NCBI GenBank assembly: GCA_009379955.1
Contig: WHST01000013.1
Span: 8,941-72,940 of the forward strand
Length of the DNA stretch: 64,000 bases
Origin: Streptosporangiales bacterium
GTDB lineage: Bacteria; Actinomycetota; Actinomycetes; Streptosporangiales; WHST01
Direction of reading: 5' to 3'
The number at the start of each line of letters is the position of its first letter. Positions within the stretch are counted from its first letter, which is position 1. The notes under the pieces were generated by a model. It searched no databases and had not been told where the DNA came from. It worked only from the letters and a program-made list of their open reading frames with translations. Of the stretch, positions 18,791 through 28,261 are shown piece by piece. The translations under genes were made by a program, and so were the position numbers.

Positions 18791-19870
18791 TCATCTCGCT
18801 CCCGCGGGCGGCGCCGTCGAGTCACGTGCGACGAGCTCGGGACGCAGGGAGACCGAGCGAGGCGGGCGGTCCTTGTTCGTCGTGAGCTCGAGCAGCAGCT
18901 CGGCCGCGGTGACCCCGATGTGGTACTGCGGCACCTGGACGCTGGTGAGCGAGGGCGCGAACCGGTCACAGAACGGGATGCCGTTGTAACCCACGACCGA
19001 CACGTCCTCGGGGACCCGGATGCCGTGGCGCTTGAAGACGTCGTAGCCGCCCAGCGCGATCAGGTCGTTGCCGCACACGACGGCGGTGAACGCGACGCCA
19101 CGGGCGAGCAGCTCCTCGAAGGCTTCGACGCTGCGTTCCTCCTGGAAGCTCTCGGCGAAGCAGATGCTTCGGTCGTCCACCTCCAGGCCCTCGCCGTGCA
19201 TGCTGGAGACAAAGGCCTGATGGCGATGAAGACCGGTGGACAGGGTGCGAGGACCGCCGACATAGGCGATCCTGCGATGCCCGAGCGAGGCGAGGTGGCT
19301 GACGGCGAGTCCGACGCCGATGTAGTCGTCGGAGGTCACCGCGGACACCGACGGGCGCTCGCTCGCCCGGTTGACGAGCACGACCGGCATCCCGGTGCCC
19401 ATCACGTCGTCGAGGAGCGGGTAGTCCCGACGTGCGGTGGCGAGAATGAGGCCGTCGACGTGCTGGGCGAGCATGTTCCCCAGCAGCTCGCCCTCCTTGT
19501 CCACGTCGTTGTCCGTGTTCGTGATCAGCAGGGTCCAGCCGGCCTCGCGCAACCGGTCCTCGATGCCCCTGACGATCGGCGGGAAGAGCGGGTTGGTGAG
19601 ATCGGGGATCAGCATGCCGACCGTGGACGTGCTCCCGATCTTCAGTCCGCGGGCGAGGGGGTTCGGCTGGTAGCCGAGCTTCCGCGCGGCGTCGAGGACT
19701 CGACTCACCGTCGCAGGGCTCACCTTGCCCCGCGCCTCGGGGTTCAGTGCCCGCGACACCGTCGAGGGGTGGACGGACGCGAGGCCGGCGACGTCGATGA
19801 TCGTCGGCTTGCCGCTTCGCCATCCCGTCGCCATCGAGCTGAGCATAGGCACCCGCCACCGCCTGTGCAA
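18791..19870 (-). CDS. LacI family transcriptional regulator
   Basis: [25 protein letters not shown] plus an effector domain. The true start may be an internal ATG at 19846 or 19834. Confidence 0.85.
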   Translation of the reverse strand: MHRRWRVPMLSSMATGWRSGKPTIIDVAGLASVHPSTVSRALNPEARGKVSPATVSRVLDAARKLGYQPNPLARGLKIGSTSTVGMLIPDLTNPLFPPIVRGIEDRLREAGWTLLITNTDNDVDKEGELLGNMLAQHVDGLILATARRDYPLLDDVMGTGMPVVLVNRASERPSVSAVTSDDYIGVGLAVSHLASLGHRRIAYVGGPRTLSTGLHRHQAFVSSMHGEGLEVDDRSICFAESFQEERSVEAFEELLARGVAFTAVVCGNDLIALGGYDVFKRHGIRVPEDVSVVGYNGIPFCDRFAPSLTSVQVPQYHIGVTAAELLLELTTNKDRPPRSVSLRPELVARDSTAPPAGAR

Positions 19871-19880
19871 CGCTCATCAT

Positions 19881-19890
19881 CCAAACGTTT
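19881..19890. promoter_or_regulatory. palindrome CAAACGTTTG, candidate autoregulatory LacI operator
   Basis: Lies just upstream of the LacI ORF in the divergent 19871-20067 region. Confidence 0.35.
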
Positions 19891-19991
19891 GCTCTCGCGT
19901 TGCGCCGCACCGGCGATCTCTCGACGCGGTGCATGCTTCCCCACAGTGCCTTGCCTACGCGCAGATGGCGGGCACACGCGCCTCTGAGGCG

Positions 19992-20021
19992 TTGACAGCA
20001 CGCAGGAGGCGGCCCTAGCGT
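19992..20021 (+). promoter_or_regulatory. candidate sigma-70/HrdB-type promoter of the flavoprotein-Tct operon
   Basis: -35 TTGACA (19992-19997), 18-nt spacer, -10 TAGCGT (20016-20021). An operator follows at 20037-20050. Confidence 0.45.
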
Positions 20022-20036
20022 GTGCTGCACTCGTCG

Positions 20037-20050
20037 TGCAGACGTTTGCA
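20037..20050. promoter_or_regulatory. TGCAGACGTTTGCA, candidate LacI operator overlapping the 5' UTR
   Basis: Near-palindrome with one mismatched pair, 16 nt downstream of the -10 box and 18 nt upstream of the ATG at 20068. Confidence 0.4.
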
Positions 20051-20067
20051 CACCCACGGGAGGCTCG

Positions 20068-21780
20068 ATGCGTGCCGCGCCCACTCGCCTGGAGACCGAC
20101 GTCCTGGTGGTCGGTGGCGGCGTGGCCGGGTGCCTTGCCGCGCTCGAGGCCCGCGAGGCCGGCGCCCGCGTCCTCGTGGTCGACAAGGCCCGCTTCCTCG
20201 AACGGGCCGGCAGCGTCGGGGGTGGCGTCGACCAGTACCTGACTCCCATGAACTCGGGCCCGGAGTGGGACACGCCGGAGTACCTGCTCATGCACATCCC
20301 CGAGCTGACCGACGGCCTGGTCGACATCGACGTCGCCGAGCGCGTGGTGCACGAGATGCCTCGCATCCTGCGCAAGCTCGAGGGCATCGGCATCGACTTC
20401 CGTGACCCCGACACCGGGGAGTACCTCCGCACCCGGGCCTTCGGCCTGCCCGGCGAGTACCACCTGAACTTCGACGGCAAGCGGTTCAAGTACAAGATCG
20501 GCCGGCACGTGATGGGGTCGGGCGTCACGTTCCTCCCACGGACGATGGTCACCGACGTCCTCGTCGACCAGTCCACGGGAACGGTCTGCGCTGCGGTCGC
20601 CTTTCACATCCGCGACGACGAGTGGTACGTCATCGGAGCCCGATCCGTCGTCGTGGCCACGGGTGACGTCAACCGCATCTCGCGCAACGCGTCGGGCATG
20701 CCCTTCGACAGCTGGCACTACCCGTACAACACCGGCGACGGCCACGCCATGGGCTTTCGCGCGGGCGCGGACCTGACCAACATGGAGTTCGTCGAGGCGA
20801 CTCTCACGCCCAAGGGATTCTCCACCCAGGGCACCAACTCGTACGCGGGCCTCGGCGCCCACTTCGTCAACCGGCACGGCGAGCGTTTCATGTTCAAGTA
20901 CGACCCGAAGGGCGAGAAGGCTCGCCGGACGGCGCTGGTGGACGGGGTGATCCAGGAGGTGCTCCTCGGCAACGAGCCGCTCAGCGTCGATCTCCGACAT
21001 CTGCCCGACGAGGTGCTCGACCATTTCGTGCGGACGCTCGGCGTCGACCGCCATACGCTGCCCGGCTACTTCGCACAGCGGCAGGTCGACATCCGCACCG
21101 ATCCGATCCCCCTGTCGATCTCGGAGCTGTCCATCCGCCGAGGCGGCGTCTACTTCCGCGGAAGTGGACTGATGGTCGACACGGGTGGGGAGACCAACGT
21201 CGGGTCGTTCTTCGCCGCCGGCGACTGCTCGATCGTCAGCGGTGGGATCGCGGGTGCGGCCGCGATGGGCGCCGTCGCGGGGAGGGCTGCCGCCAGGAAG
21301 GCCGCCACGATCGGCGACCTTCCGCCCCCACCGGAGGACGCGGTGTCGGCAGCCGCGGAGCGACTGCACGCGCCTCTGGGCCGGGGGACGGGGACACGCT
21401 GGCGAGAGTTCGAGGACCGCGTCAGGCAGACCGTCACCGACTACGTCGGCGTCCGCAGGACGGACCGCGGACTGCGCAAGGCACTCGCGGTGTTCGCCGA
21501 GCTGCGCGCTCTGGAGGACCATCTCGCGGCCGGCGAGCGGCACGAGCTCATGCGTGTCCACGAGGCGAAGAACATCCGACTCGCCGTCGAGCTGATGGCG
21601 ATCGCCGCGCTCGAGCGACGCGAGTCCCGTTCCGCGGCGGCGCACCGGCGCCTCGACTTCCCCGACACCGACGACGAGCGGTGGCGCAAGCTGCTCGTGC
21701 TCAGCCGTGACGATCGAGGGGAGGCCGTCCTGCGCCACCAGGCGGCGCAGGTCGAGATGACGAGCGGAGGGAGACCATGA
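20068..21780 (+). CDS. FAD-binding oxidoreductase, succinate dehydrogenase/fumarate reductase/AprA-like flavoprotein
   Basis: Dinucleotide fold DVLVVGGGVAGCLAALEA. Start set at the ATG at 20068 after GGGAGG. About 570 aa. Confidence 0.8.
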   Translation: MRAAPTRLETDVLVVGGGVAGCLAALEAREAGARVLVVDKARFLERAGSVGGGVDQYLTPMNSGPEWDTPEYLLMHIPELTDGLVDIDVAERVVHEMPRILRKLEGIGIDFRDPDTGEYLRTRAFGLPGEYHLNFDGKRFKYKIGRHVMGSGVTFLPRTMVTDVLVDQSTGTVCAAVAFHIRDDEWYVIGARSVVVATGDVNRISRNASGMPFDSWHYPYNTGDGHAMGFRAGADLTNMEFVEATLTPKGFSTQGTNSYAGLGAHFVNRHGERFMFKYDPKGEKARRTALVDGVIQEVLLGNEPLSVDLRHLPDEVLDHFVRTLGVDRHTLPGYFAQRQVDIRTDPIPLSISELSIRRGGVYFRGSGLMVDTGGETNVGSFFAAGDCSIVSGGIAGAAAMGAVAGRAAARKAATIGDLPPPPEDAVSAAAERLHAPLGRGTGTRWREFEDRVRQTVTDYVGVRRTDRGLRKALAVFAELRALEDHLAAGERHELMRVHEAKNIRLAVELMAIAALERRESRSAAAHRRLDFPDTDDERWRKLLVLSRDDRGEAVLRHQAAQVEMTSGGRP

Positions 21781-22073
21781 CGGAACAGGGGACGGACACG
21801 GAACCGCACAACCCGATCCGCATCGACCCGGTGGCATGCATCCGCTGCATGATCTGCGACTACGTCTGCCCCGGGGACATCATCCACAAGAAGCCGAGGA
21901 ACCGTGACCTCCCGGTCGTCAAGTTCCCCGACGAGTGCTGGTACTGCGGCCTGTGCGAGCAGGCCTGCCCGACCGACGCGATCACGATCGTCTTCCCCGA
22001 GCACATGCTTCGCTGCGAGACCCCGGTGCACAGCCTTCTCGGGGTGACCGACGAGGAGGAACCACCCGCGTAG
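21777..22073 (+). CDS. 2x[4Fe-4S] ferredoxin, AprB-like
   Basis: Motifs CIRCMICDYVCP and CWYCGLCEQACP. ATGA overlap with the flavoprotein stop. Confidence 0.8.
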   Translation: MTEQGTDTEPHNPIRIDPVACIRCMICDYVCPGDIIHKKPRNRDLPVVKFPDECWYCGLCEQACPTDAITIVFPEHMLRCETPVHSLLGVTDEEEPPA

Positions 22074-22122
22074 TACCCGCTGAGGAAAGTCACCGTCGCC
22101 TTTCCGGAAGGAAGACGCGCCC

Positions 22123-23670
22123 GTGTTGGACGCCGCCCTGGACGGCCTGCTGGCCCTCCTGACCCCGCAGTCGCTGCTGTTCATGGCGATCGGGGTCGCG
22201 TTCGGCATCGTGATCGGTTTCCTGCCCGGTGTCGGTGGTGTGGTGGCGATGGCCCTGCTCCTGCCCTTCATCTTCGGCAGGGATCCCGCGGCCGCCATGG
22301 CGCTGCTGCTCGGAGCACACGTCGCGACGATCTACAACGACGCGATCACCGGCATCCTCTTCGGCGTCCCCGGATCGGCCAAGGGTGTGGCCCTGTGCTT
22401 CGACGGGTATCCCATGACCCAGCGCGGCGGCGCCGCCCGCGCGCTCGGCATCACGGCGATGTCCTCGCTCCTCGGCGGCCTCGTCGGCGTGGCGTTCCTC
22501 ATCGCCATCCTCCCCGTCGTCCGCGCCCTGATGCTGGCCCTCGGTCCTCCCGAGTACTTCATCATGGGTCTCTGGGGCCTGTCGGTCATCGCGCTGTTCA
22601 GCAAGGGCTCGGTCTTCAAGGGCCTAGCGGCGGGCGGACTCGGCCTGCTCCTCGCGACCGTCGGTGAAGACCCCGTCAGCTCGACGCAACGCTTCACCTT
22701 CGGCAGCCTGTACCTGGCCGACGGCGTCGACTTCGCCGTGGCCGCCATCGGCCTCTTCGCCGTGTCGCAGATGATCTCCCTCTACGTCAAGGGCGGCACC
22801 ATCGTCACGCGTCGTCCGTCGAGCGACCAGCGGAGCACGGTGTGGCACGGCGTGCGCGACGTGTTCCGGCACAAGCGCGTGCTCGTGCAGTCGAGCGCGC
22901 TCGGCGTCTTCATCGGCGCGCTGCCCGGTGTCGGCGCGGCCGTCGGCGGCATCGCGGCGTACGGCCAGGTCGCGCGCTCGTCTCGCGACTCGTCCCAGTT
23001 CGGCAAGGGCGACGTCCGCGGCATCGTCGCGCCGGCGGCCACCCTGGGCGCGAACGAAGGCGGCGGGCTGCTCCCGACGCTCGGCTTCGGGATCCCCGGC
23101 GGCGAGAGCGGGGCCATCCTGCTCTCCGCACTCCTGGTGATCGGCGTCGCTCCGGGCCCCGAGCTGCTGACGTCGGGCCTCGACCTGGTCTTCTCGATGA
23201 TCTGGGTGATCGTCCTCGCCAACCTCCTGACGACCGGGGCCGGCCTGTTCACGGCGCCAATCTTCGCGCGGATGACGACGGTGCCCGGCAGCCGCCTCGT
23301 ACCGCTGATCCTCGCCGTCTGCTTCACCGGCGTCTACGCGATCAACCAGCGCGTCGAGGACGTCGTGCTGTGCGCACTCCTCGGCGTCGTGGGCTACTTC
23401 CTCAAGAAGTACCGGTACCCGCTGGCCGGCGTGGCGATCGGCCTCGTCCTCGGACCGATCCTCGAACGCTATCTCCATGTCTCGGTCTCGTTGTACGGCT
23501 CGCTCTTCTGGCTCGAGCGCCCGGTCTCGCTTCTCCTCCTGATCTTCGTGATCGGCACGGTCGTCGCGTCACCCGCGCGGGCCGCCTGGGCGACGTGGCG
23601 GCGACGACGCACCGGTGGCGGCGACGGGTCGGACGTCGACGCGGAGTCCGTGAGGGGCGCACCCCGATGA
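22123..23670 (+). CDS. tctA: tripartite tricarboxylate transporter permease TctA family
   Basis: 515-aa polytopic membrane ORF, followed by small TctB-like and TctC-like genes. Confidence 0.9.
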   Translation: MLDAALDGLLALLTPQSLLFMAIGVAFGIVIGFLPGVGGVVAMALLLPFIFGRDPAAAMALLLGAHVATIYNDAITGILFGVPGSAKGVALCFDGYPMTQRGGAARALGITAMSSLLGGLVGVAFLIAILPVVRALMLALGPPEYFIMGLWGLSVIALFSKGSVFKGLAAGGLGLLLATVGEDPVSSTQRFTFGSLYLADGVDFAVAAIGLFAVSQMISLYVKGGTIVTRRPSSDQRSTVWHGVRDVFRHKRVLVQSSALGVFIGALPGVGAAVGGIAAYGQVARSSRDSSQFGKGDVRGIVAPAATLGANEGGGLLPTLGFGIPGGESGAILLSALLVIGVAPGPELLTSGLDLVFSMIWVIVLANLLTTGAGLFTAPIFARMTTVPGSRLVPLILAVCFTGVYAINQRVEDVVLCALLGVVGYFLKKYRYPLAGVAIGLVLGPILERYLHVSVSLYGSLFWLERPVSLLLLIFVIGTVVASPARAAWATWRRRRTGGGDGSDVDAESVRGAPR

Positions 23671-24227
23671 CGACACGAGTGCGAGAGAACGTGGCGGCGA
23701 CCGCGATGACGCTGGTGTTCGTCGCCGTGCTCCTCGTGAGCCTCGGCTACGGTTCGCAGGCGCGACTCATCCCGTCGACCGTCGCCGTGGCGTCGATCGT
23801 GCTGATGCTGATCCAGCTCGTGGTGCAGAACCTGCCGGGGCGCGGCGCCCAGCTCAGTGGCCGCAGCTACCTGGGCGTCGACGAGGACGACTCCCCCGTC
23901 CCCGTCCCCGTCCCCGTCCCCGAGGCCGACGCCGACGCCGACGCGACGGACGAGCCCGAACTGGAGCACGAGCCGGGTGGCTCGATCGCCGGTGGAATAG
24001 CGGTGGTCGCGTCGTTCGTGGTGGGCATCGTGCTCGTCGGGATCCTCCCGGCGGTGCTGCTCTTCGTCTTCGGCTACGTCCTGCGCGTCGGCAGGTCACG
24101 GCTGCTGCCGGCCGCGGCGTACGCCGTCGGCACCTGGGGAGTGCTCTACGTGCTGTTCGTGCTCTTCCTCCGTCTCCCCATGTACGGCGGAATCGTCGGT
24201 ATCTGGATCCCCTATGTGTCGGGATGA
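23667..24227 (+). CDS. tctB: tripartite tricarboxylate transporter TctB family protein with acidic low-complexity insert
   Basis: The ATG at 23667 overlaps the tctA stop (ATGA). 186 aa, 4 TM segments, with the insert SPVPVPVPVPEADADADATDEPELEHE. Confidence 0.7.
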   Translation: MTTRVRENVAATAMTLVFVAVLLVSLGYGSQARLIPSTVAVASIVLMLIQLVVQNLPGRGAQLSGRSYLGVDEDDSPVPVPVPVPEADADADATDEPELEHEPGGSIAGGIAVVASFVVGIVLVGILPAVLLFVFGYVLRVGRSRLLPAAAYAVGTWGVLYVLFVLFLRLPMYGGIVGIWIPYVSG

Positions 24228-24281
24228 CATCACGGCGACGTCCAAGTCCACCGTCAACGAACACCGGAATGGAGCAGGGTC

Positions 24282-25313
24282 ATGAGGCGACGACCACACG
24301 TTCGAGGCCTGGCCCTGATGTTCGCCGTGTGCCTGGCACTCGTCGCGTGCGCGAACCAGGGTGCAGGCGGGCCCGACCGCGACACGGGCTTCAAGGGAAA
24401 GCGGATCACGCTGATCATCCCCAACCAGCCCGGGCAGTCGATGGACTCGTACGGACGGATGATCGCCCCGTACCTCAACACCTGCCTGGGATCGTCGCGC
24501 ATCGACGTGCGGAACCTGACCGGTGCGGGCGGGGTCCGCGGCACCAACCAGCTGTGGCGCAGCAAGGCCGACGGGCTCACGATCGCGTTCGCGAGCGTGC
24601 CGTCGATCATCCTGTCCGACCTCGCCGAGAGCGAGGGCGTGACGTTCGAGGCGAAGCGGTTCACCTACCTCGGGCGCGTGTCGACCGAGCCGCGGGTGCT
24701 CGCCGTCGGCGGCAAGTCCTCACTCGGGTCCGTCGACGACCTCCGCGGCCTCGACAGACCGTTCGTGTTCCCGTCACAGGGGACCGACGAGGACTTCTTC
24801 ACGATGGCCGTGCTCGCTGACTCCCTCGGCTTCCCGCTTAAGATCGTGACCGGATTCCAGGGCAACGGCGACACGGCACTGGCCGTCGTCAGCGGCAAGG
24901 CCGACGGGCAGATCACCGCGCTATCCGACGCCCAGCCGATGATCGAGGCGGGCGACAAGAAGCCGATACTCATGGTGGGATCCGAACGGGCCGAGGGCTA
25001 TCCGGACACCCCGACCGCCACGGAGACGGTCACCGGAGACGGCAAGGGCCCGGTCGAGGCGATCGTGTCGATGCTCGAGATGCACAGGAGCTTCTTCGCT
25101 CCGCCGGACATGGACGAGACCGCCACCACGAAGCTCCGTGAGGCGGTGGCGTGCGCACTCGCCAAGCCCGAGCTGCGCGACGAGGCCAAGACGGCCAAGC
25201 TGCCGCTGGCACCCCTCGACGGAGGCGAGGTACAGGAGAAGGTGGGTTCGGTCTACGCCGAGAACGCGTCGCTCGCGCCGATCCTGAAGAATGCGCTCGA
25301 ATCGATCCAGTGA
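24282..25313 (+). CDS. tctC: tripartite tricarboxylate transporter substrate-binding protein (TctC/Bug family) lipoprotein
   Basis: 343-aa ORF with lipobox CLALVACANQG. Confidence 0.85.
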   Translation: MRRRPHVRGLALMFAVCLALVACANQGAGGPDRDTGFKGKRITLIIPNQPGQSMDSYGRMIAPYLNTCLGSSRIDVRNLTGAGGVRGTNQLWRSKADGLTIAFASVPSIILSDLAESEGVTFEAKRFTYLGRVSTEPRVLAVGGKSSLGSVDDLRGLDRPFVFPSQGTDEDFFTMAVLADSLGFPLKIVTGFQGNGDTALAVVSGKADGQITALSDAQPMIEAGDKKPILMVGSERAEGYPDTPTATETVTGDGKGPVEAIVSMLEMHRSFFAPPDMDETATTKLREAVACALAKPELRDEAKTAKLPLAPLDGGEVQEKVGSVYAENASLAPILKNALESIQ

Positions 25314-25342
25314 GCCGGCATCGCCGGGAGGAAGGGACGTAC

Positions 25343-26308
25343 ATGTCGACATCCGTCGTGGCGATACTCGGGACGCGCTACGCCGACCTCTCCGTCGAGG
25401 AGGAGGCGTTCGCGCCGCTCGGCGTCCGGCTGGTGTCGGGTGACGGCGCGAGCGCAGCGCGCATCGTCGAGACGGCGGGTGACGCCGACGTCGTCCTCGT
25501 CGGCTCCCGGCCCCGACTCGACGCAGAGGTGCTCGAACGGTTGCGCTGTCGCGCCATCGTGCGTTGCGGCATCGGCGTCGAGAACATCGACCTGCCCGCC
25601 GCGCGACGACTCGGCATGACCGTCGCGCGGGTCGCCGACTACGGCACCGAGGCGGTCGCCTTCCACGCGGTGTCGATGGCCGGCGCGTGCCTGCGCCGTC
25701 TCGCGGAGGCCGACCGCACGGTACGCGACGGCGGCTGGGGGGTCGCGGGACTACGCCCCCTCCACCTGCCGAGCGCCATGACCGCCGGAGTCATCGGCTA
25801 CGGGCGCATCGGCAGGCAGACCGCACGCAACCTCGCCGGTCTCGGCTTCCGCGTCGTCGCGCACGACGAGTTCGTCCAGGTCGACGACGCGGACGGCGTC
25901 ACCCCGGCCGGACTCGGCGAGCTGCTCGAGACCAGCGACGTCGTGAGCCTGCACGTGCCGGGCGATCCCGGTGGTCGCCCGCTGCTCGGCACCGCCGAGA
26001 TCGCGCGCATGAAGCCAGGCTCTGTCCTGGTGAACACCGCCCGCGGCACGCTCGTCGACACCGCAGCCCTGGTCGCCGGGCTCGCGGCGGGGCGGCCGGC
26101 GTCGGCGGCGTTGGACGTCTACCCCACCGAGCCTCCCGGCCTCGACGAGTTCGCCGACGTGGGTGACCGGGTGCTGCTGTCGCCGCACATGGCCTGGTAT
26201 ACCGAGGAGTCCGAGCTCGACCTGCGCAGGAAGTCCGCTCGCGAGGCGGTGCGGCTGCTCCGTGGCGAGGCCCCTGCCGACCCGGTCCAGGAGGCGGTGG
26301 ACTCATGA
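25343..26308 (+). CDS. D-isomer-specific 2-hydroxyacid dehydrogenase family protein
   Basis: Start set at the ATG at 25343 after GGAAGGGA. NAD fold GVIGYGRIGRQTARNLAGLG. Confidence 0.85.
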   Translation: MSTSVVAILGTRYADLSVEEEAFAPLGVRLVSGDGASAARIVETAGDADVVLVGSRPRLDAEVLERLRCRAIVRCGIGVENIDLPAARRLGMTVARVADYGTEAVAFHAVSMAGACLRRLAEADRTVRDGGWGVAGLRPLHLPSAMTAGVIGYGRIGRQTARNLAGLGFRVVAHDEFVQVDDADGVTPAGLGELLETSDVVSLHVPGDPGGRPLLGTAEIARMKPGSVLVNTARGTLVDTAALVAGLAAGRPASAALDVYPTEPPGLDEFADVGDRVLLSPHMAWYTEESELDLRRKSAREAVRLLRGEAPADPVQEAVDS

Positions 26309-27195
26309 GCGCAGGAGCTGACGAGCGAGCCGGAGGTAGGGGCCGCGACATGACCGTGACCGGAATCGACGTTACCGCGGCACCTGCCGGAGGCGAGGGA
26401 GGAAGCGGGCGCGTGGAGGCACCGAACGCGCACGACCTGTCGCGGCTGACGAGTCCCGAGGCCGACGAGGTGACGCGCGACAACGGCATCGCGGTCATCC
26501 CACTCGGCAGCGTCGAGCAGCACGGCCCGCACCTGCCGAACGGCACAGACACGATCGCGGCCGAGCTGGTGGCCAGGGCCGTGGCGGCACGCCTCGGTGC
26601 GCTGTACGTCCCGTTCGCCCCGTACGGCGTCACCCCGATCCACGCGGGGTGGCCGGGCACGATCAGCCTCCGGCGCGAGACGTTCGAGGCGCTGCTGACC
26701 GACGTCTGCACCGAGCTGACCGGGCTCGGGACGAGGGCCTTCGTCCTCGTCAACTGGCACGAGGGCAACATCGCGTCCATGGACGCCGTCGCCACGAAGG
26801 TCCAGGCGGAGCTCGGCGCGACGTTCGTCTCCGCGCAGGCCTGCTACGTCGCGCAACGGCTCTACCGCGAGCAGGGCGGCGAGCTCACCCACGGTGGCGG
26901 CATCGAGGCGCTCGCGGTCATGGCGCACGACGCGTCACTGGTCCGGCTCGACCGCGCCGGCGAGCCGCACCGCCCGCCGGGCGCGGCGGAACTCGACGAG
27001 ATGCGCAGGTCGCGCGAGGTGTACGGCTACGTCACCGACGTAGGCGAGCTGACCGAGGAGGGCTGGTACGGCGAGCCGCACTGGGCGAAGCCGGATCTCG
27101 CGGCGGAGTTCGCCGACACTGTCGCCGACGGCGTCGTCGAGCTGGTCGAGTCGGTGCTGAAGGCCAGACAGCGTTCTGACGACACGGAAGGTTAG
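26305..27195 (+). CDS. creatininase family amidohydrolase
   Basis: ATGA overlap with the upstream stop. Motif IPLGSVEQHGPHLPNGTD and ...VNWHEGN... are typical of the creatininase/deformylase fold. Confidence 0.8.
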   Translation: MSAGADERAGGRGRDMTVTGIDVTAAPAGGEGGSGRVEAPNAHDLSRLTSPEADEVTRDNGIAVIPLGSVEQHGPHLPNGTDTIAAELVARAVAARLGALYVPFAPYGVTPIHAGWPGTISLRRETFEALLTDVCTELTGLGTRAFVLVNWHEGNIASMDAVATKVQAELGATFVSAQACYVAQRLYREQGGELTHGGGIEALAVMAHDASLVRLDRAGEPHRPPGAAELDEMRRSREVYGYVTDVGELTEEGWYGEPHWAKPDLAAEFADTVADGVVELVESVLKARQRSDDTEG

Positions 27196-27202
27196 GGAGA
27201 CC

Positions 27203-28258
27203 ATGGAGGATCGGGTCAGGCTCGCGCCCGTCGGGCTGGGCCGCTGGGCGCGGGTGCTCGCGCGCGGCGCGCAGCGCGGCGACGTCGTCGAGCTGGTGAG
27301 CTGCTTCAGCCGCGACGAGGCGAGGCGCACGGCGTTCCAGGACGAGTTCGGCATCGCGCGCGGCGCGGCGTCGTACGAGGAGCTGCTCGGCGACCCCGAG
27401 GTCGAGGGCGTCATCGTCACCACCCCCAACGACACCCACCGCGACGTCATCGTGCAGGCGCTGGAGGCCGGCAAGGCCGTGTACACGGACAAGCCGATCG
27501 CGCACACGCTCGAGCACGCGAACGCGATCGCGGCGGCGGCGCGCGACGTCGGCGGGGTGTTCGCGGTCGGGCACAGCGCGCGCAGGCTGTCGGGGCACCG
27601 CGAGATGGCGCGCTGGGTCGCCGACGGACGCCTCGGCGACGTGTCGCTCGTCGAGGCGAACTTCTCCAACGAGCGCGGGCTCGAGTTGACCCCCGACACC
27701 TGGCGGTTCTTCGCGGCCAAGAGCCCCGGCGGTGCGTTCATCCAGCTGGGCGTCCACCACGCCGATACGTTGCAGGCCCTGCTCGGGCCCATCAGGACGG
27801 TCTCCGCGCACGTCCGGCGGCTCTTCACCAAGGCCGAGGTGCCCGACGCCGTCATGGCGATCTGCGAGTTCGAGAGCGGCGCGCTCGGCTACCTCGGCAC
27901 CGGCTGGGCCTCGCCCGGCGTGTACCGGATGAGCGTCCTCGGCACCAAGGCCGCGCTCAACTACGACCTCGACTTCACCAAGTGGGACGAGTCGCACCTC
28001 GCCGACGACTGGTCGCGCCTGGAGGCGCAGTACTATGGGCAGTCGGAACGCGAGACGCTCGACCTGCCGCGTACCGACATGTTCCGGGAGCAGCTCGACG
28101 AGTTCGCGCTGGCGATCCGCGGGCAGGCCGAGGTCGAGGTCGGCGCGGACGAGGCGGTACGCGCGCTCGCCGTCGTCCACGCCGCGCTGCTGTCGTCGGA
28201 GCGCGCAGGCGCCGCCGTGCCGCTGGCCGAGGTCATCGAGGCCGCGGGGAAGGGCTGA
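27203..28258 (+). CDS. Gfo/Idh/MocA family oxidoreductase
   Basis: 351-aa ORF with an N-terminal Rossmann region and the typical EKP-like segment (DKPIAHTLEHA). Confidence 0.85.
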   Translation: MEDRVRLAPVGLGRWARVLARGAQRGDVVELVSCFSRDEARRTAFQDEFGIARGAASYEELLGDPEVEGVIVTTPNDTHRDVIVQALEAGKAVYTDKPIAHTLEHANAIAAAARDVGGVFAVGHSARRLSGHREMARWVADGRLGDVSLVEANFSNERGLELTPDTWRFFAAKSPGGAFIQLGVHHADTLQALLGPIRTVSAHVRRLFTKAEVPDAVMAICEFESGALGYLGTGWASPGVYRMSVLGTKAALNYDLDFTKWDESHLADDWSRLEAQYYGQSERETLDLPRTDMFREQLDEFALAIRGQAEVEVGADEAVRALAVVHAALLSSERAGAAVPLAEVIEAAGKG

Positions 28259-28261
28259 CGC

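Noticed and set aside
19744-21837. 697-aa minus-strand ORF
   Set aside because: It is antisense to the FAD-binding oxidoreductase gene, which has a dinucleotide-binding motif, an RBS and operon context. The ORF itself has no motifs.
23894-23941. Short tandem repeats considered as a possible CRISPR or VNTR
   Set aside because: These are hexamer microsatellites inside a coding region. They lack spacers and lack CRISPR-length repeats. No CRISPR-like array exists anywhere in the window.
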